A stretch of 35,391 nt of DNA, from NCBI GenBank assembly GCA_032718475.1, contig JAUCBJ010007918.1:1-35391 (forward strand). Reading direction: 5' to 3'. The notes below the pieces were generated by a model. It had not been told where the DNA came from, ran no database searches, and saw nothing but the letters and a program-made list of their open reading frames with translations. Position numbers and translations under genes: made by a program. This DNA is from Nemertoderma westbladi (Eukaryota > Animalia > Xenacoelomorpha). This document shows positions 1 to 11,624 of this stretch, piece by piece (position 1 is the first letter of the stretch; the number at the start of each line of letters is the position of its first letter).

Positions 1-59
1 CAAGCCGGCACAGCATTCTTAAAAATGCAGCTGCAATGCAGCATGCCGATTCTAGTAGT
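1..59 (+). mobile_element. 3' end of an RTE-clade LINE (family 2), cut by the window start
   Basis: 1-50 is the reverse complement of 22797-22846 (1 mismatch), which is the ORF end and 3' UTR of the family-2 RTE copy. It is followed by a TAGTAGT tail. Confidence 0.85.
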
Positions 60-1759
60 CGACTCGTCTCTCCCTCGCTGTAGTAGACGGCCGCCCTCCG
101 TCTGGGCCGCCGGACCATCTCTCATCGACGAATCCGGCGTCGTGGGTCGATACCGTCTCGCCGTGGCCTCGCGGATCATTAGGTTGTCGTCCGGGGTCCG
201 CGGCGGTGTCGTCTCTCTTTCTTGACTCATCTTTACTTATCGGTGGATCGGTGGTCACAGTCTCAGGCAGCTTGGAGTTTTGTTACTCTGGCAGTCAGTT
301 TAGGCAGTTAGGATTTTGTTACTGTGACGGGATCCGAGAATCCCAATTTATCCTGGTTGTTTTGTTTACGCGTCCCCGCCGTGTGTAAAAGAGTTTGTTA
401 TGTTGTTGCTCCAATGTTATTAAAGGATATAAAAATATATGTATGTAGTATATAAATTGGCAGATAACACAGTTGATGGTGAATTGATGCACAAAGACCG
501 GTAATATTGATGGTGGTGGCGGCAACGGTAACAAAAGTCACCGTTCTGCCCTAACTGTACTGAGATGACTGAGTGAATAAATGAGGGACAGTAACTGGTA
601 ATATATTGCACTGGTTGGCCGTATTACATTACTCAGTGGATGCCTGCCCCCCATTGGCTAATAACCCAATTCTCGCCCTCCCATCTCTCTGGGAGTGTTT
701 TCCCCCCACTACTGTCATTCTCTCTCTCTCGGAGGTATAACCTCTGACCCCCATTGTGTGTGTTCCTTTGGGGTTTGTCGTCCCCGTTTATTGTGGTGAT
801 ACGAGGTTGATTGGTAATCAACCTCGTGCTTCCCAATATTGCTTAAGGGTCTCGCTGGCCCAACTTTGTGGGGTGGTTAGCGGAATTGATTCGCTAACAA
901 TGTTCAAATTTATATCATTATAATCCAAAACAAGATACTAATTTCGGCTTTTAGTTATGTTGGCATAAATTTTTAACCAAATCTGGTCTGATGTCAACCA
1001 TAATTCCATATTATAGGCCTAGATGTAGGTATATACTGTACTTCCGTGTACTGTACTTCTACATACCACATTACATGAAATGGACAGGTTACAGTGACAA
1101 CCATTCTGCAACTGTAATCTAATTGATTTTACTTCGTTTTTTATTGTTTTGGTTAAAATACAAAACCATCTACTAGTACACTATAACCATAACCTGGTTC
1201 TTTTGTAACAATTGTTAGTTTGTTCAGTTCACAGTGCAATACTATGTCATATATACAGTATATTAAAAATTATTATTGTGTTTTAGTCAATTTAATAATT
1301 TTAAATTATTCCTTGTGACAAAGCAGGCAGGTGATGATGGCATCTATCTCCATGCTATATTAGTTTCACTATAACTCTAGATTAAAAATTTATGCAAATT
1401 ACTATAACACTGTGTAGTAAAACAAATCAAGCTTTTTAAATTTAAAAAATAATTTTTTATGAAATTTTATTTTTAACGTATAATGGTGATATATAATATA
1501 TTAACCATGGTGCTTCAAAAGTTCTCTCATTGCGAAGGGCTTGATGAGTAGACAATTAAAAAAAATTACTAGATTATGACCAACCATTTCGTTTTTATCA
1601 CAATTTTTCAATTATACTCTATTTTAAAAATTTGTGATTTTGTTTGAAAATGTCATGTAGTTTTGACACCATGATGAATTTTGAAAAAAAAAATGTTTTC
1701 TTATAGATCGAAATATATGCTTTCACGAGAGATAAAATAAATTTGCAAAAATGAAAGTC

Positions 1760-1797
1760 AAATTTTGGCTATTTTTTGCTATCTCTGGCCCACTGTG
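1760..1797 (-). mobile_element. Possible orphan Transib-like terminal repeat
   Basis: Minus strand reads CACAGTG GGCCAGAGATA GCAAAAAAT (RSS-like heptamer, spacer, A-rich nonamer). No matching partner TIR or 5-bp TSD found. Confidence 0.3.
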
Positions 1798-2645
1798 CAC
1801 CGCACAGATAATAATGATTCACCATATTATGGAGATCCTTGACACGATTGTCAATATATCTGTCAGTCTGAATTTGCATTAAATACAATAAAGCGGTACT
1901 GGAACTGAATTACATACAGATCTATTCGGTTTAATATTTCATAAGAAATTTATTTGTGATTGTTTTTTTTATAAATTTCTCTCATTACTTCCATTGTGCA
2001 GGATAGTACAAGTACCTAGCTTAGCTAGATTGAGACTCTATACGCCGTAATTGTTATGTTGGTGCTTAACAATAATTTTATCCGTTTATAATGCTATAAA
2101 ATCTTGCAGTGCAACAGTATTGTTTAAACTGGCCACACAATTTAATTTCTTTCAATTTTTAGTAATTTACAAATTAAATTAAATACTATATTATTAATAA
2201 TCTTTAGTTTGTTTCGATCATTTCATATATATGATTAATTATAATATGTTTGATCTGGTAACTAGGCACTAAGCGAATAGTAATAATTATGTGTGATGTA
2301 CTATTTTTCATAGTTCAAATGGACAATTGCAAATGTTAAATGAAATTGGAGAATGCAACAATTAATACAGTCAACTAAATTATTACAGTAACAGATTATA
2401 CATCGGTTATAGACATTTGGGCACCAGTCAAATTACTAGACAACTTCATTTTTTTTTTAAGAAATAAAACGGCAATTACAATTCACTAAGTATTAATTAA
2501 GTAGAATGTTAAAAAATGTTATTAAAAAAATGTAGAAACTCCAATTAACTACAGGTAGTCTGTTTTGATTTGACGGCTATCCGCATGTTTACCATGCCTA
2601 GTAGCCACTTCCAAATTCCCTATAATTTAACAATAAAAATAAATT

Positions 2646-2930
2646 TCACGTAGCACATGTACATTCATCGATTCCAATTATTTGAGCTTCTTCAGCATCA
2701 CTATCGAATTCCCAATCTAAGGGAATATCTAACTCGTAGTTTGTCTGACTTTGGGAGAGATTGTTTTTACGTAAACCAACTTTCGTGAGATTTCTGATGA
2801 CAGAGAGTTTCGAAGCTTTGAATGGATGAACCCATATACATTCCAATTGCGTTCTGAAGCTGCACTTGAGGATACAACACTGAATACCCTTAGAGCAATA
2901 TTCTGCAGGAGTGGTCGGTAAGCCATCGGT
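2646..2930 (-). pseudogene. hAT transposase C-terminal dimerisation domain remnant
   Basis: ORF 2729-2947 contains LQNIALRVFSVVSSSAASERNWNVYGFIHSKLRNSLSSEISRKLVYVK, the hAT S-A-x-x-E-R dimerisation motif. It is frameshifted into an acidic tail (ORF 2646-2846) and the rest of the transposase is absent. Confidence 0.85.
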
Positions 2931-3384
2931 AAGTCATCGGTAGTCATCGACAGTCATCGGTAAGCCAATATTGCTTAACAGACTTCACTTTCCGTATCAA
3001 CATCTATAATGGAAGGAATTATTATCTTGTGTCCAATAATGTGTCCATACTGCACTATATAGGCGCTTATTGTTTGTCCTTTTGGTCAGAAGTTGGCTGT
3101 GTTTGTGATATAATTCTATCGAGCCAACTGGGACATCATCGTTCAACAAATATCACTTTCTACTCTCGGTTGTGATTATAATTGTATCAGTCTCTTTTAC
3201 CATGGCATTTGGCGTATTCTAGGTGACAGATCATGGCATGAAGATTGATATTAAGCATACCCATCAATCTAGCCTTTATAGAGACATAGGCGCAACTGTG
3301 GAGTGAATTGCTGGGTTCACGATACTTCTGTACTATGTAACACTTTGTGCCCGATTTCTGGCACTGGAATTGCATATGGTAGTA

Positions 3385-3508
3385 CTACTACTACTAGGTC
3401 GAGCGAACTCGGACAGTGGAAATGAGATCCTTCCAGGCTTCCCGATTCTCCATAGTTGTTGCAATTTCGTTTCTTCCAAGTTCAGTATCCCTTTCAAGTT
3501 GATCTATA
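3385..3508 (-). pseudogene. Displaced C-terminus and tail of RTE family-1 ORF
   Basis: Translates IDQLERDTELGRNEIATTMENREAWKDLISTVRVRST* then TAG repeats. Joins in frame to ...GQPAIIY at 8217 once the LTR element and one TATA are removed. Confidence 0.92.
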
Positions 3509-4030
3509 TGTAAGCCCCCGTTTGCCGTACCTGCCGCTATCATGAAGTAATCCAATAATCTCTCAATCTAATATAATATATAACGTATAAATATAATATA
3601 TATGATGGGCGGCGCCCATGGCGGGCACTGGGCTTTGGGGACGGTGCGGGGTTGCGGGGCTCCGATCTACCCGATCGGTATTAACCGATCTCGTATTTAC
3701 TTCGTTTGTGACTTTAGATAGGTAACATAATATAGATTAATTATTTAGGCAATTTAATAAACAACTTGTGCAGTTTACTATGTAAATTTACTATGGATAT
3801 TCATAATAATACTGTACATTATATATATAGGCCTAATATAATACATAAGGGCGTTCTAGAATATAATATATAATCTAATCTAATATAATATAATATATAA
3901 TCTAATACTGAATATAATCATAATCTCTAATACAGTCCTATCGGTACATAATCAGATCTCGACTCCCAGACTCTCCGTCATATCTACCAAAACCAGCCTT
4001 CCATGGCCTACTCTGTATCATATCCTTACA
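3509..4030 (-). repeat. 3' LTR (522 bp)
   Basis: TGTAAG...CTTACA termini; both ends match 7969-8216; contains two (TAATA/TAATC)n tracts. Confidence 0.95.
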
Positions 4031-4041
4031 TATTCCCCCCG
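4031..4041 (-). promoter_or_regulatory. Polypurine tract
   Basis: Minus strand CGGGGGGAATA directly precedes the 3' LTR start TGTAAG. Confidence 0.8.
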
Positions 4042-4527
4042 CACAAAAAAAGGCACTCTTGCCACAGAGTGTGAAAAGAAAATTCGTAATAGCTAATACT
4101 GTAGCTCACAAAAAATATACCGAAAAATAATAAAATTAAGCACAAAACACATAAGCACAAAACAAAAAAAAAATTTTAATCTTATATGTCCCAAAAATAA
4201 TAAAAATACGCACAAAAAAATATATAAATCTCATTTATTTATATCCCAAAAATAATAATTTTACTTCCCAGTATAAGACTGACTTGGTACTTCCGATTTA
4301 CAATTACGTAATCGGTCAATGTTTACAAATAAAATCTTGTCATGTGGCTTGTCAACCAATCTTATTTCCGCATTATTGGCGACAATTTTTAGAATTCTAT
4401 AAGGCCCATGAAATGGCCTAGTGAGTTTATGATACTTTCCTTTCACCAAATCAGGTCGGTGAAGGAACACCCTATCCCCGACTCGATATGTTACTGATCT
4501 ACGTTTTTTATCAAACTGTTGTTGCGT

Positions 4528-4561
4528 CGTGCAATATCCCACGCCGTGCAATATCCCACGC
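4528..4561. repeat. 17-bp tandem duplication frameshifting the integrase
   Basis: CGTGCAATATCCCACGC occurs twice in tandem. Confidence 0.9.
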
Positions 4562-4842
4562 CGTAGATAGATGATCTGACAACTCAGCTCTATAATCATC
4601 CAAATCCACTTGATAGACTATCCGAGGTCTATTCAAAGCCATTTCGGTTGGCAATCGGGCATCCCGCCCATATAACAAAAAAAAACAACAATTCATTTGT
4701 ACTTGAGTGTTGTGATGTTTATAAGCAAACAATACACAAGGCAACACCCGATCCCAATCATTATTGTGTCTGTCAGCTGTTTTAGCTAACATGTCTAACA
4801 ACGTTCTATCATTCCATCCGTTTGAGGGTGAAATGCACTGGT

Positions 4843-5176
4843 ATTAATTTTCCGAATCCCGCACGAATCGCACACAGATAAAAATAAGTCAGACAAAAAG
4901 TTAGTACCTCTGTCTGATAACAGCTCCCGAGGTACTCCATGCCTGCCAATAAAATCTATGAAACAATTTGCTAATGTCTCCGCTTTTTCATGTTTATTTT
5001 ATATATTTTATATATTTGTTTTTTTCATGTTTTTCATTAATTTTCCGAATCCCGCACAAATCGCACACAGATAAAAATAAATTAGATAAAAAGTTAGTAC
5101 CTCTGTCTGATAACAGCTCCCGAGGTACTCCATGCCTGCCAATAAAATCTATGAAACAATTTGCTAATGTCTCCGC
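4843..5176. repeat. 141-bp direct duplication around a 52-bp T-rich insert
   Basis: 4843-4983 and 5036-5176 are identical except for about 4 transitions; spacer 4984-5035 is low complexity. Confidence 0.92.
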
Positions 5177-5829
5177 ATATGCCTCAATCCATTTTGTTAA
5201 ATAGTCTCCAAATAAAATACACTTTTTATTACCCAGTTCCGTTAATGGTAAAGTTAAAACATCAACAGCTACTCGCTCAAATGGGCCCCCAACCGGTAAA
5301 GGTTGAAGCAAAGGCTTCTGCCCACGCCCTGGATTCCTCGTAGCACATTGCAAGCAACTGTGACACCAATGAAAAATGTCAACCCGCATACGTGGCCACC
5401 AATATTGTAATCTTAGCACACTCCAATTTCTATGATCAGAGAGATGGCCAGCAAATTTACCCCCATGAATTTCATTCCATAACTTAAATCTCCACTCCTT
5501 TGGGACAGCTAAACGCGGCTGCCGAAAATCAACATTATCTTCTACTTTATATAAAACACCGTCAATTAATGTGGTATTATCAGAATTAGTTTTTACAAAA
5601 TCTCTCATCTTTTTGTCACTGGGTACTATTTTAGATACATGAAAATCAATAAGTGCACGTAAATCAGAATCAGTATACTGTAACTCTTTCAATAATCCCG
5701 TCTCCTCCTGTAACTTTTCAAAAGACTCACATATATTTGAGCTAGCACAAATACCGTTTTTGTTGCTAGTAGCAACTGGAATTCTCGAAAGAGCATCAGC
5801 ATTACCATTTGCTTTGCCCGGCCGATGAA

Positions 5830-6372
5830 AATATATCGTGGTACTCTTTTAGTAGATTCAAAACCTCCGACTTTTGTTCTTTTGTCAAGTCCGTTTCCGA
5901 TAAATCGATGCTGGATTCGAGTACCTTCTCCCGTTCCTTTACATCCGTTATTACTGCCGATAAACCATCCGCAACCGAATCTAGAACATTGGTGTCCGTG
6001 ACATCCATATCCATAATTTCCGTTAGATTAATTGTACCATTCAATTAAGTTCGTACATTTCCCAATAGTTAAACCTTCTGGAATAGATTTGTGGATGGAA
6101 TCTAAATTTAGAATCCCCAATAAACCGTAACCATCCTCCTCCAGTTCAAGAACGGCTCCCGTAGAACATAAACTGTATTCCGCTAACCCATCTGAAGGTT
6201 CAAATAAACATTGTCGAGACGGGAGTTCTTTAAACTGTCCTTCAACCTGTACCTTTACAAAACTCGCTGTCCGAGGAGGAATTTGTTTTCCAATTAACAG
6301 TGCACACAACCCGCTGTTGTTATTCCGTGTATCTTTAATGCCCCGATCCGCCGCTCCGATCTTTTCCCTCAA
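5830..6372 (-). pseudogene. Gypsy pol spacer between protease and RT
   Basis: IPPRTASFVKV...GLTIGKC and DLSETDLTKEQKSEVLNLLKEYHDIFS, the usual pre-RT helix of Gypsy Pol. Confidence 0.75.
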
Positions 6373-6456
6373 AGAACCTCAAAATCTGAATGGTTTATTT
6401 CTAATTTTTAATTCTTATTTCTAGAAGGAAAGCTGCTGACAGAAGCTGCTTTTCCT

Positions 6457-7661
6457 TCATTTCTCTGGTTTTGAAACCAGAGGTGCTGAGTTTGTTTGTG
6501 TTTGATTGAAGTTCCGAGGAGTTTGGAAAGATTTTGCAGGACCATATTTTCTATCACGCGGACACTGCTCCTTCCAATGGAATTTGTTATGGAACCCAAG
6601 ACTATCGCAGAATTTACACTTCGGTAATGGACGCGAATGAGGATTGAACGATGCAGAAGGTTGAACTGCAGGTGAATTTGAATTTGGTGTAAAACCATCT
6701 CTTTGTGGTTTATTCTCAGAATATTGATATCTGCTATTACTTCCAAAAGGCGTCCGTTTAAAATTCTGTTGAAAATCCCGTGGATGACTACTAAACTGTT
6801 GAGAATTAAAACGCCGCGCTGATGCGTAATCATCAGCTGACACTGCTAACTGACTTAGAGATTTTAGTTTTCTATCTCGCAACCAAACTTGCAGATCATT
6901 AGGTACGCAATTGGAAAACTGTTCCATTAAAATTAATTCTTCTAATGGAATCATTTCTTCATCTTCACCCGTAACCTGCTCATACACCCACTGCCTATAG
7001 GATTCCCGCATTCTCTCCGCAAACTCACTGAAAGATCCATTATCTCTTTTTCTGTCTCCCCGAAACGGTGTGTTTATGTTTAGTGTTTATGTCATATCAC
7101 GACCGAATTATCTCTTTCACCTTATCATAATCAGCAGCATCCTCATTAGAAAGGGTGGAAAAAGCTGTTAATGCTTTACCGGTTAGCCAACCAGCAAGCT
7201 GGGTGGAGCAGACGATCTGTCCTGCCCTTGTAATGTGGCTATCCGTTCAAAAACCGTAAGAAAGTGTTCAATGTCATCATTGACCGTTAAAGCCCGTAAC
7301 ATTGGCTTTGGGGGTTTAACTGTTGGGGTATCACTTTCCCAGAATGGTTCCCTTCCCCCAGCGCCGCCAACACCGAATGTGGTTCCCTGCGCCAATTGCT
7401 CGACCACCCCTTGCATATTTCTTTGCTGCTGAATAAGTTCTGAGAATATTTCTTGTTGCTGTTGTAGTATGTCTAGCATTGGACACCTCCAGACGCTGCC
7501 TCTGTGGGTAGTGAAATACCAAATGCCTTAAGTGACTTAGGTGGCAACCCTATTAAAAAGTTTACTACATCTTCCTTTCTCTTCCCAGCAGAATCAAAAT
7601 CAAATTGGCGACCAATCTCCCACAGCCGATCAAAAGTAAATCCCTGTAATATCTCTTCCAT
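6457..7661 (-). pseudogene. Gag with SCAN-like capsid domain and zinc knuckle, frameshifted
   Basis: DDIEHFLTVFERIA; LEELILMEQFSNCVPNDLQVWLRDRKLKSLSQLAVSADDY (SCAN-like); CKFC-x9-H-x4-C. Split over ORFs 7473-7661, 7183-7479 and 6457-7011. Confidence 0.85.
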
Positions 7662-7953
7662 ACCATTAGACCATTGTACAATTATTTCCGTATTTTTCCT
7701 TAGGCTGTAGGCCTACCGAATTTCAGAATTAGGCAACTCTAAACTGTCAGTCTGCCAATACAGCAATACAACAATGAATAAATTACTGGTACTGTACTCA
7801 CAATTCCATAATTGATTGATATCCATTCCCAGTTCCGTAAAATGTATCCGATTCGTTACCGTTACCACCGTTTTACTACCGGTACCGGTATCCATAAATT
7901 TCCAAATTTTGGATTGTGTAGAGATCCGAAAAGCATGAGATCAGGAGATCTGG

Positions 7954-7965
7954 ATCTCGGTGGGA
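7954..7965 (-). promoter_or_regulatory. Primer-binding site remnant, tRNA-Gln type
   Basis: Minus strand TCCCACCGAGAT lies 3 nt after the 5' LTR and is complementary to the animal tRNA-Gln 3' region ATCTCGGTGGGA(CCTCCA), recalled from memory. The leading TGGAGG is missing. Confidence 0.7.
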
Positions 7966-7968
7966 AGT

Positions 7969-8216
7969 TGTAAGCCCCGTTTGCCGTACCCGCCGCTATC
8001 ATGAAGTATTCAAATAATCTCTCAATCTAATATAATATATAATCTAATCTAATATAATATATAATCTAATATAATATAATATATAATCTAATACTGAATA
8101 TAATCATAATCTCTAATACAGTCCTATCGGTACATAATCAGATCTCGACTCCCAGACTCTCAGTCATATCTCCCAAAACCCATCTTCCATGGCCTACTCT
8201 GTATCATATCCTTACA
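7969..8216 (-). repeat. 5' LTR (248 bp, internally deleted)
   Basis: Same termini as 3509-4030 but 274 bp shorter; the two AT microsatellite tracts are fused into one. Confidence 0.95.
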
Positions 8217-10920
8217 TATATATATTATGGCCGGTTGTCCATGACTACGCTTTCCATGAGTTGGATCCCAGAGAAGTAGATCTGGTATGACCTCGTCTTT
8301 ACTTCGCCAGCAGTGCCCACTGAATCTTAATCTGCGTTCATGGAGGGTGGTTGATACAGGTGGTATTGTACCATAAAGCTCGGTATTTGTCATGTGTTGT
8401 CTCCAACTGATGTTTAGGGCTGCCCTTAGTAGTCTTGTGTAGCAACCATCAATTCGTTGTTCAAGTGATTTAGTCAGTGTCCAGGTCTCACCCCCATATA
8501 AAAATACACTTTCCATTGTGGCTCGAAAGAACTTAGTATTCAGGTGCCTGGAGAGATCTGATTTCCATTTCTGATAGAGCTACCCAAGCCTTTGCTTTCC
8601 TAACTTCTATGTGCTTTTTGCTACTCTCTTTCCATGATCCAAGGTACTGGAAGTCGTCGACCTTCCTTAGTTGATTATTATCAATGGTTGTCAAGTTTCC
8701 ATCAACATTAAAGGTCATGAATTCGGTCTTGGTAGCATTTATATGCAACCCAACCTCCTTAGCAGCCCTCTCCACTTTATTTAGTAGAAGCTGTGCATCT
8801 GCTAGCGTATTAGAGAGAAGGGCGATGTCATCCGCAAAGTCGATGTCTGTGACTGTAGTTGCCGGATATCTACTACTTCTGCATTCTTGAAGTGTGAATC
8901 CCAGATCTTCACCCTTTGTGGCCGTCCTCATTGCGTAATCCAGCACAATTACAAATAGTAATGGTGCTAATGTGTCACCTTGCAGCACGCCAGCAAGGAT
9001 TGGGAAAAACTCAGTTTCACCATCTGTTGAGAGTACCTGCGCTTCTGTGTCACAATATAACAATCCAATGCCAGCAACAATTACTTCTGGTATTCCATAA
9101 GCTCTTAGGATTTCAAGCATTTTACCTCTATGGATGGAGTCGAATGCCTTCTTAAAGTCCACAAAAGTCATGACAGCGGGGAGATTCTTTGACTTAATTC
9201 CTTCAATCAGTCTCCGTAGTGCAAGTATCTGAGCTATTGTTGATCTACTTGGTCGAAATCCGTTTTGGCTCTTACGCAGTAGTTTCTCTATGTGAGGCCT
9301 AATCCTATATAGAATCATTTTATTGTATATTTTGGCAGCTACCACAAGCAGACAGATCCCACGATAGTTTGTTGGTATGCCGAGGTCTCCTTTCTTGGGG
9401 AGAGGCTTTAGTTGACCTTTAGTCCAAATTGGTGGTGGCTTTTCCCCTTTTAACATCCGGTTGCAAACATTCAATAATGGTCTGTTTAGCACTCCGGTTT
9501 TCCATACCTCCGTTGGGATTTCATCTAATCCACTCGCTTTATTATTGGACATGCTTTTAATGCTTCTTTGGAGTTCGGCAGGTGTGAAGTCCCCTGTTTC
9601 TATAGGTAGTGTCTTGTCATATATTTTCCTTGTAGGGCTGACCTCGATGTTTGGTGGCTGCCCAAGCAAGTTGCTGAAGTGATTTTTCCACTTCCCAACA
9701 CGTTCTTCAGGACTATCGGCCTTGAGGTGCCCCTTTGCACAACTTTTCCGACCAGATATCTCATTTACAGTTTGCCAGGTAAGTCTTGATTGTTGCTGTA
9801 TGTGAGAAGTTGTAATTGCTTCAATTTTATCCTGTATGTACTTTTCCTGGCTGATGTTGTAGGCCCATTTAAGAACGTCCTTAGCATTCTCAACATTGTT
9901 AATGTTTTCGGTTTTTGGTTGTTCTGTTTTAACTTTGTAGGCTATCTTAAGATCTTCTCTCTTACAAGTAACCTCAGAGTTTCGCCATGGCACATACTGT
10001 TTTCGTTTGGGTTTCTGGGGGATATGCCTCTTAGCTGATTCCTTGTGATCTGTTATTATATTCTGGTATATTGAATCGGTGGATTGGTCTTCATCCATTG
10101 ACTGAAGTGCTTCAAAGCGGTTTTGAACTTCTACTGTGTAAGCATCCTTTATAGCAGTGTCAGTTCTGGGATTCTCCCAGTCATTGTTGATTTGCTTGCT
10201 TGTCCTGGGATTGCTGGCTCTCAAACTGAGTCTGATCTCTGCAGTTACAATTCTGTGGTCCGAACCAATTAGGTTGAATGAGCTGTATGCCTCGCAGTTG
10301 ATAATGCTGTTTCTCCACTTTATGTTTATAAGGATGTAATACAGTTGTGCTTTGGTTCCATTAGGGTATTGAAAGGTCCGTAGCTTTCCCTTACTCTTTT
10401 CGAATGTGTTGTTTGTTGGTATCAATTCACATTCTTCCACATTTCTAACAGTAAGTACCTATTTCTGTTAGAACTGGTGTTATAGGTGTAACCCTTGATG
10501 TCTTCTGGGCCAATTTGCGCAATTAGGTCACCAGCAATGACTTTAACATTGTGTTTCGGAATGTCCTTTATAAGTCCAGTCAGTTCTTCATAAAACTTGA
10601 ATGCTTGTTCTGGCTCTGAGGCATTGGTTGGTCTGTAGCAACATATACCTGTTGCCTTGGGATTCCCATCAAATGTTGCAATCATGACCCTGGAATTTAT
10701 ATATTGTTTAGGGTCTTAGGTGCAAATGGGCTTAGAAGAATTCCTACTCTACCAATTCATGCATTGGCCGAGTTTCTTACTGCTGAGCTTGTTACTAACG
10801 TCCATCCATTTCCAATGTCATTGTACTTCATGGCAGTGTCTTCATGACAAATCCGATGTTCTTGGATGCAGATGATGTCGATGTTATATTCCATTGCCAG
10901 AGCGACTATGTCACCCTGTG
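8217..10920 (-). pseudogene. RTE LINE APE endonuclease / reverse transcriptase ORF with several frameshifts
   Basis: IDIICIQEHR, VIAGD, GSDHRIV (APE); NYRGICLL, QNGFRPSRS, FVDFKKAFDSI, GVLQGDTLAP, DFADD, FQYLGS (RT); LYGGETWTLT. Confidence 0.95.
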
Positions 10921-11469
10921 TGGTATGTGCTTTGTGGTAGTAAAGGACACGAATATTACAGTAGCATAAATGATTCAAGATTTACTTTTATGTAATTATT
11001 TTATGTACCGGTTCTGGAATACAACGAAATTGTTCGTAGCTTAAATTTATAACATTGATTAGAAATTATGTAATAACAATAGTTTTAGTTTAACGAGTGC
11101 AACCAATGATGGTAGACAATTAGTCTCCCCCTTCCCTTGTCAACGGGTTACCACATTAAATATAACCTTGCCCTCTCGTGAACAAAGACAATAAATGGCA
11201 ATGGAGAATCGATAAGAACCATCGACCTATTTCCTTGTATACTATTTTTGAACTGTAAACACTGTATTATACATTATTGCACGCGCAACACATGAAGTGA
11301 AGAATAGAAGCGTATGCCACACAGCCACAGTATACAGGTATGCTGTAGGATACATTTCTATTGAAAGCATTTGATGGTTGTATATTGAACGTACATTATT
11401 GTCTTATTTTAGTACTGAACTGCTTGGAACACGTAGGCCTACTAATGATAAACGTCGTATAGGCATAGT

Positions 11470-11624
11470 TATACGCAGCACCTACGCGTAGTTCGTGTAG
11501 GACCTACGCGTAGCTACACGTAGCACCTATGCGTAGTTAATGTTAATACTCCGAAACTGGTGATATTGGCCTAATGTATCGAACTACGCGTAGGCCTAAG
11601 TGTAGCTCGAAAAGATTTACCCTA
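11470..11624. repeat. Short palindromic-unit array (CTACGCGTAG)
   Basis: About 5-6 degenerate copies of the palindrome CTACGCGTAG; the array ends in TTTACCCTA. Confidence 0.7.

Larger units (their letters stand above)
4261..5830 (-). pseudogene. Gypsy pol remnant: RNase H C-terminal motif plus integrase
   Basis: FHRPGKANGNADALSR at about 5785-5830; HHCC zinc finger (IHGGKFAGH...CLQC); core motifs VAVDVL, DYLTKW, SDRGTNF, HPQTDGMIER; C-terminal GPY motif. Broken by frameshifts and internal duplications. Confidence 0.93.
3509..8216 (-). mobile_element. Non-autonomous Ty3/Gypsy LTR retrotransposon
   Basis: Two LTRs bounded by TGTAAG...CTTACA, 4-bp TSD TATA (3505-3508, 8217-8220), gag and integrase remnants, PBS-like and PPT sites. 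Confidence 0.95.
3385..10934 (-). mobile_element. RTE-clade LINE (family 1), near full length, interrupted by a Gypsy element
   Basis: APE endonuclease and RT fragments at 8217-10920; C-terminus and (TAG)n tail at 3385-3508; candidate TSD TGGTAGTA at 3377-3384 and 10935-10942. Confidence 0.9.

Noticed and set aside
510-530. PBS-like TGGTGGCGGCAACGGT
   Set aside because: Not preceded by an LTR ending in CA and no gag follows on that strand.
2591-2600. hAT-like terminus ACCATGCCTA as the end of the adjacent transposase remnant
   Set aside because: Wrong orientation for that element, and no partner TIR or 8-bp TSD found.
2794-2816. Hammerhead core CTGATGA...CGAA
   Set aside because: No stem II pairing, and it lies within the hAT coding remnant.
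8160-8216. CKDMIQSRPWKMGFGRYD as the LINE protein C-terminus
   Set aside because: It is read-through into the inserted LTR; the real C-terminus is at 3394-3508.
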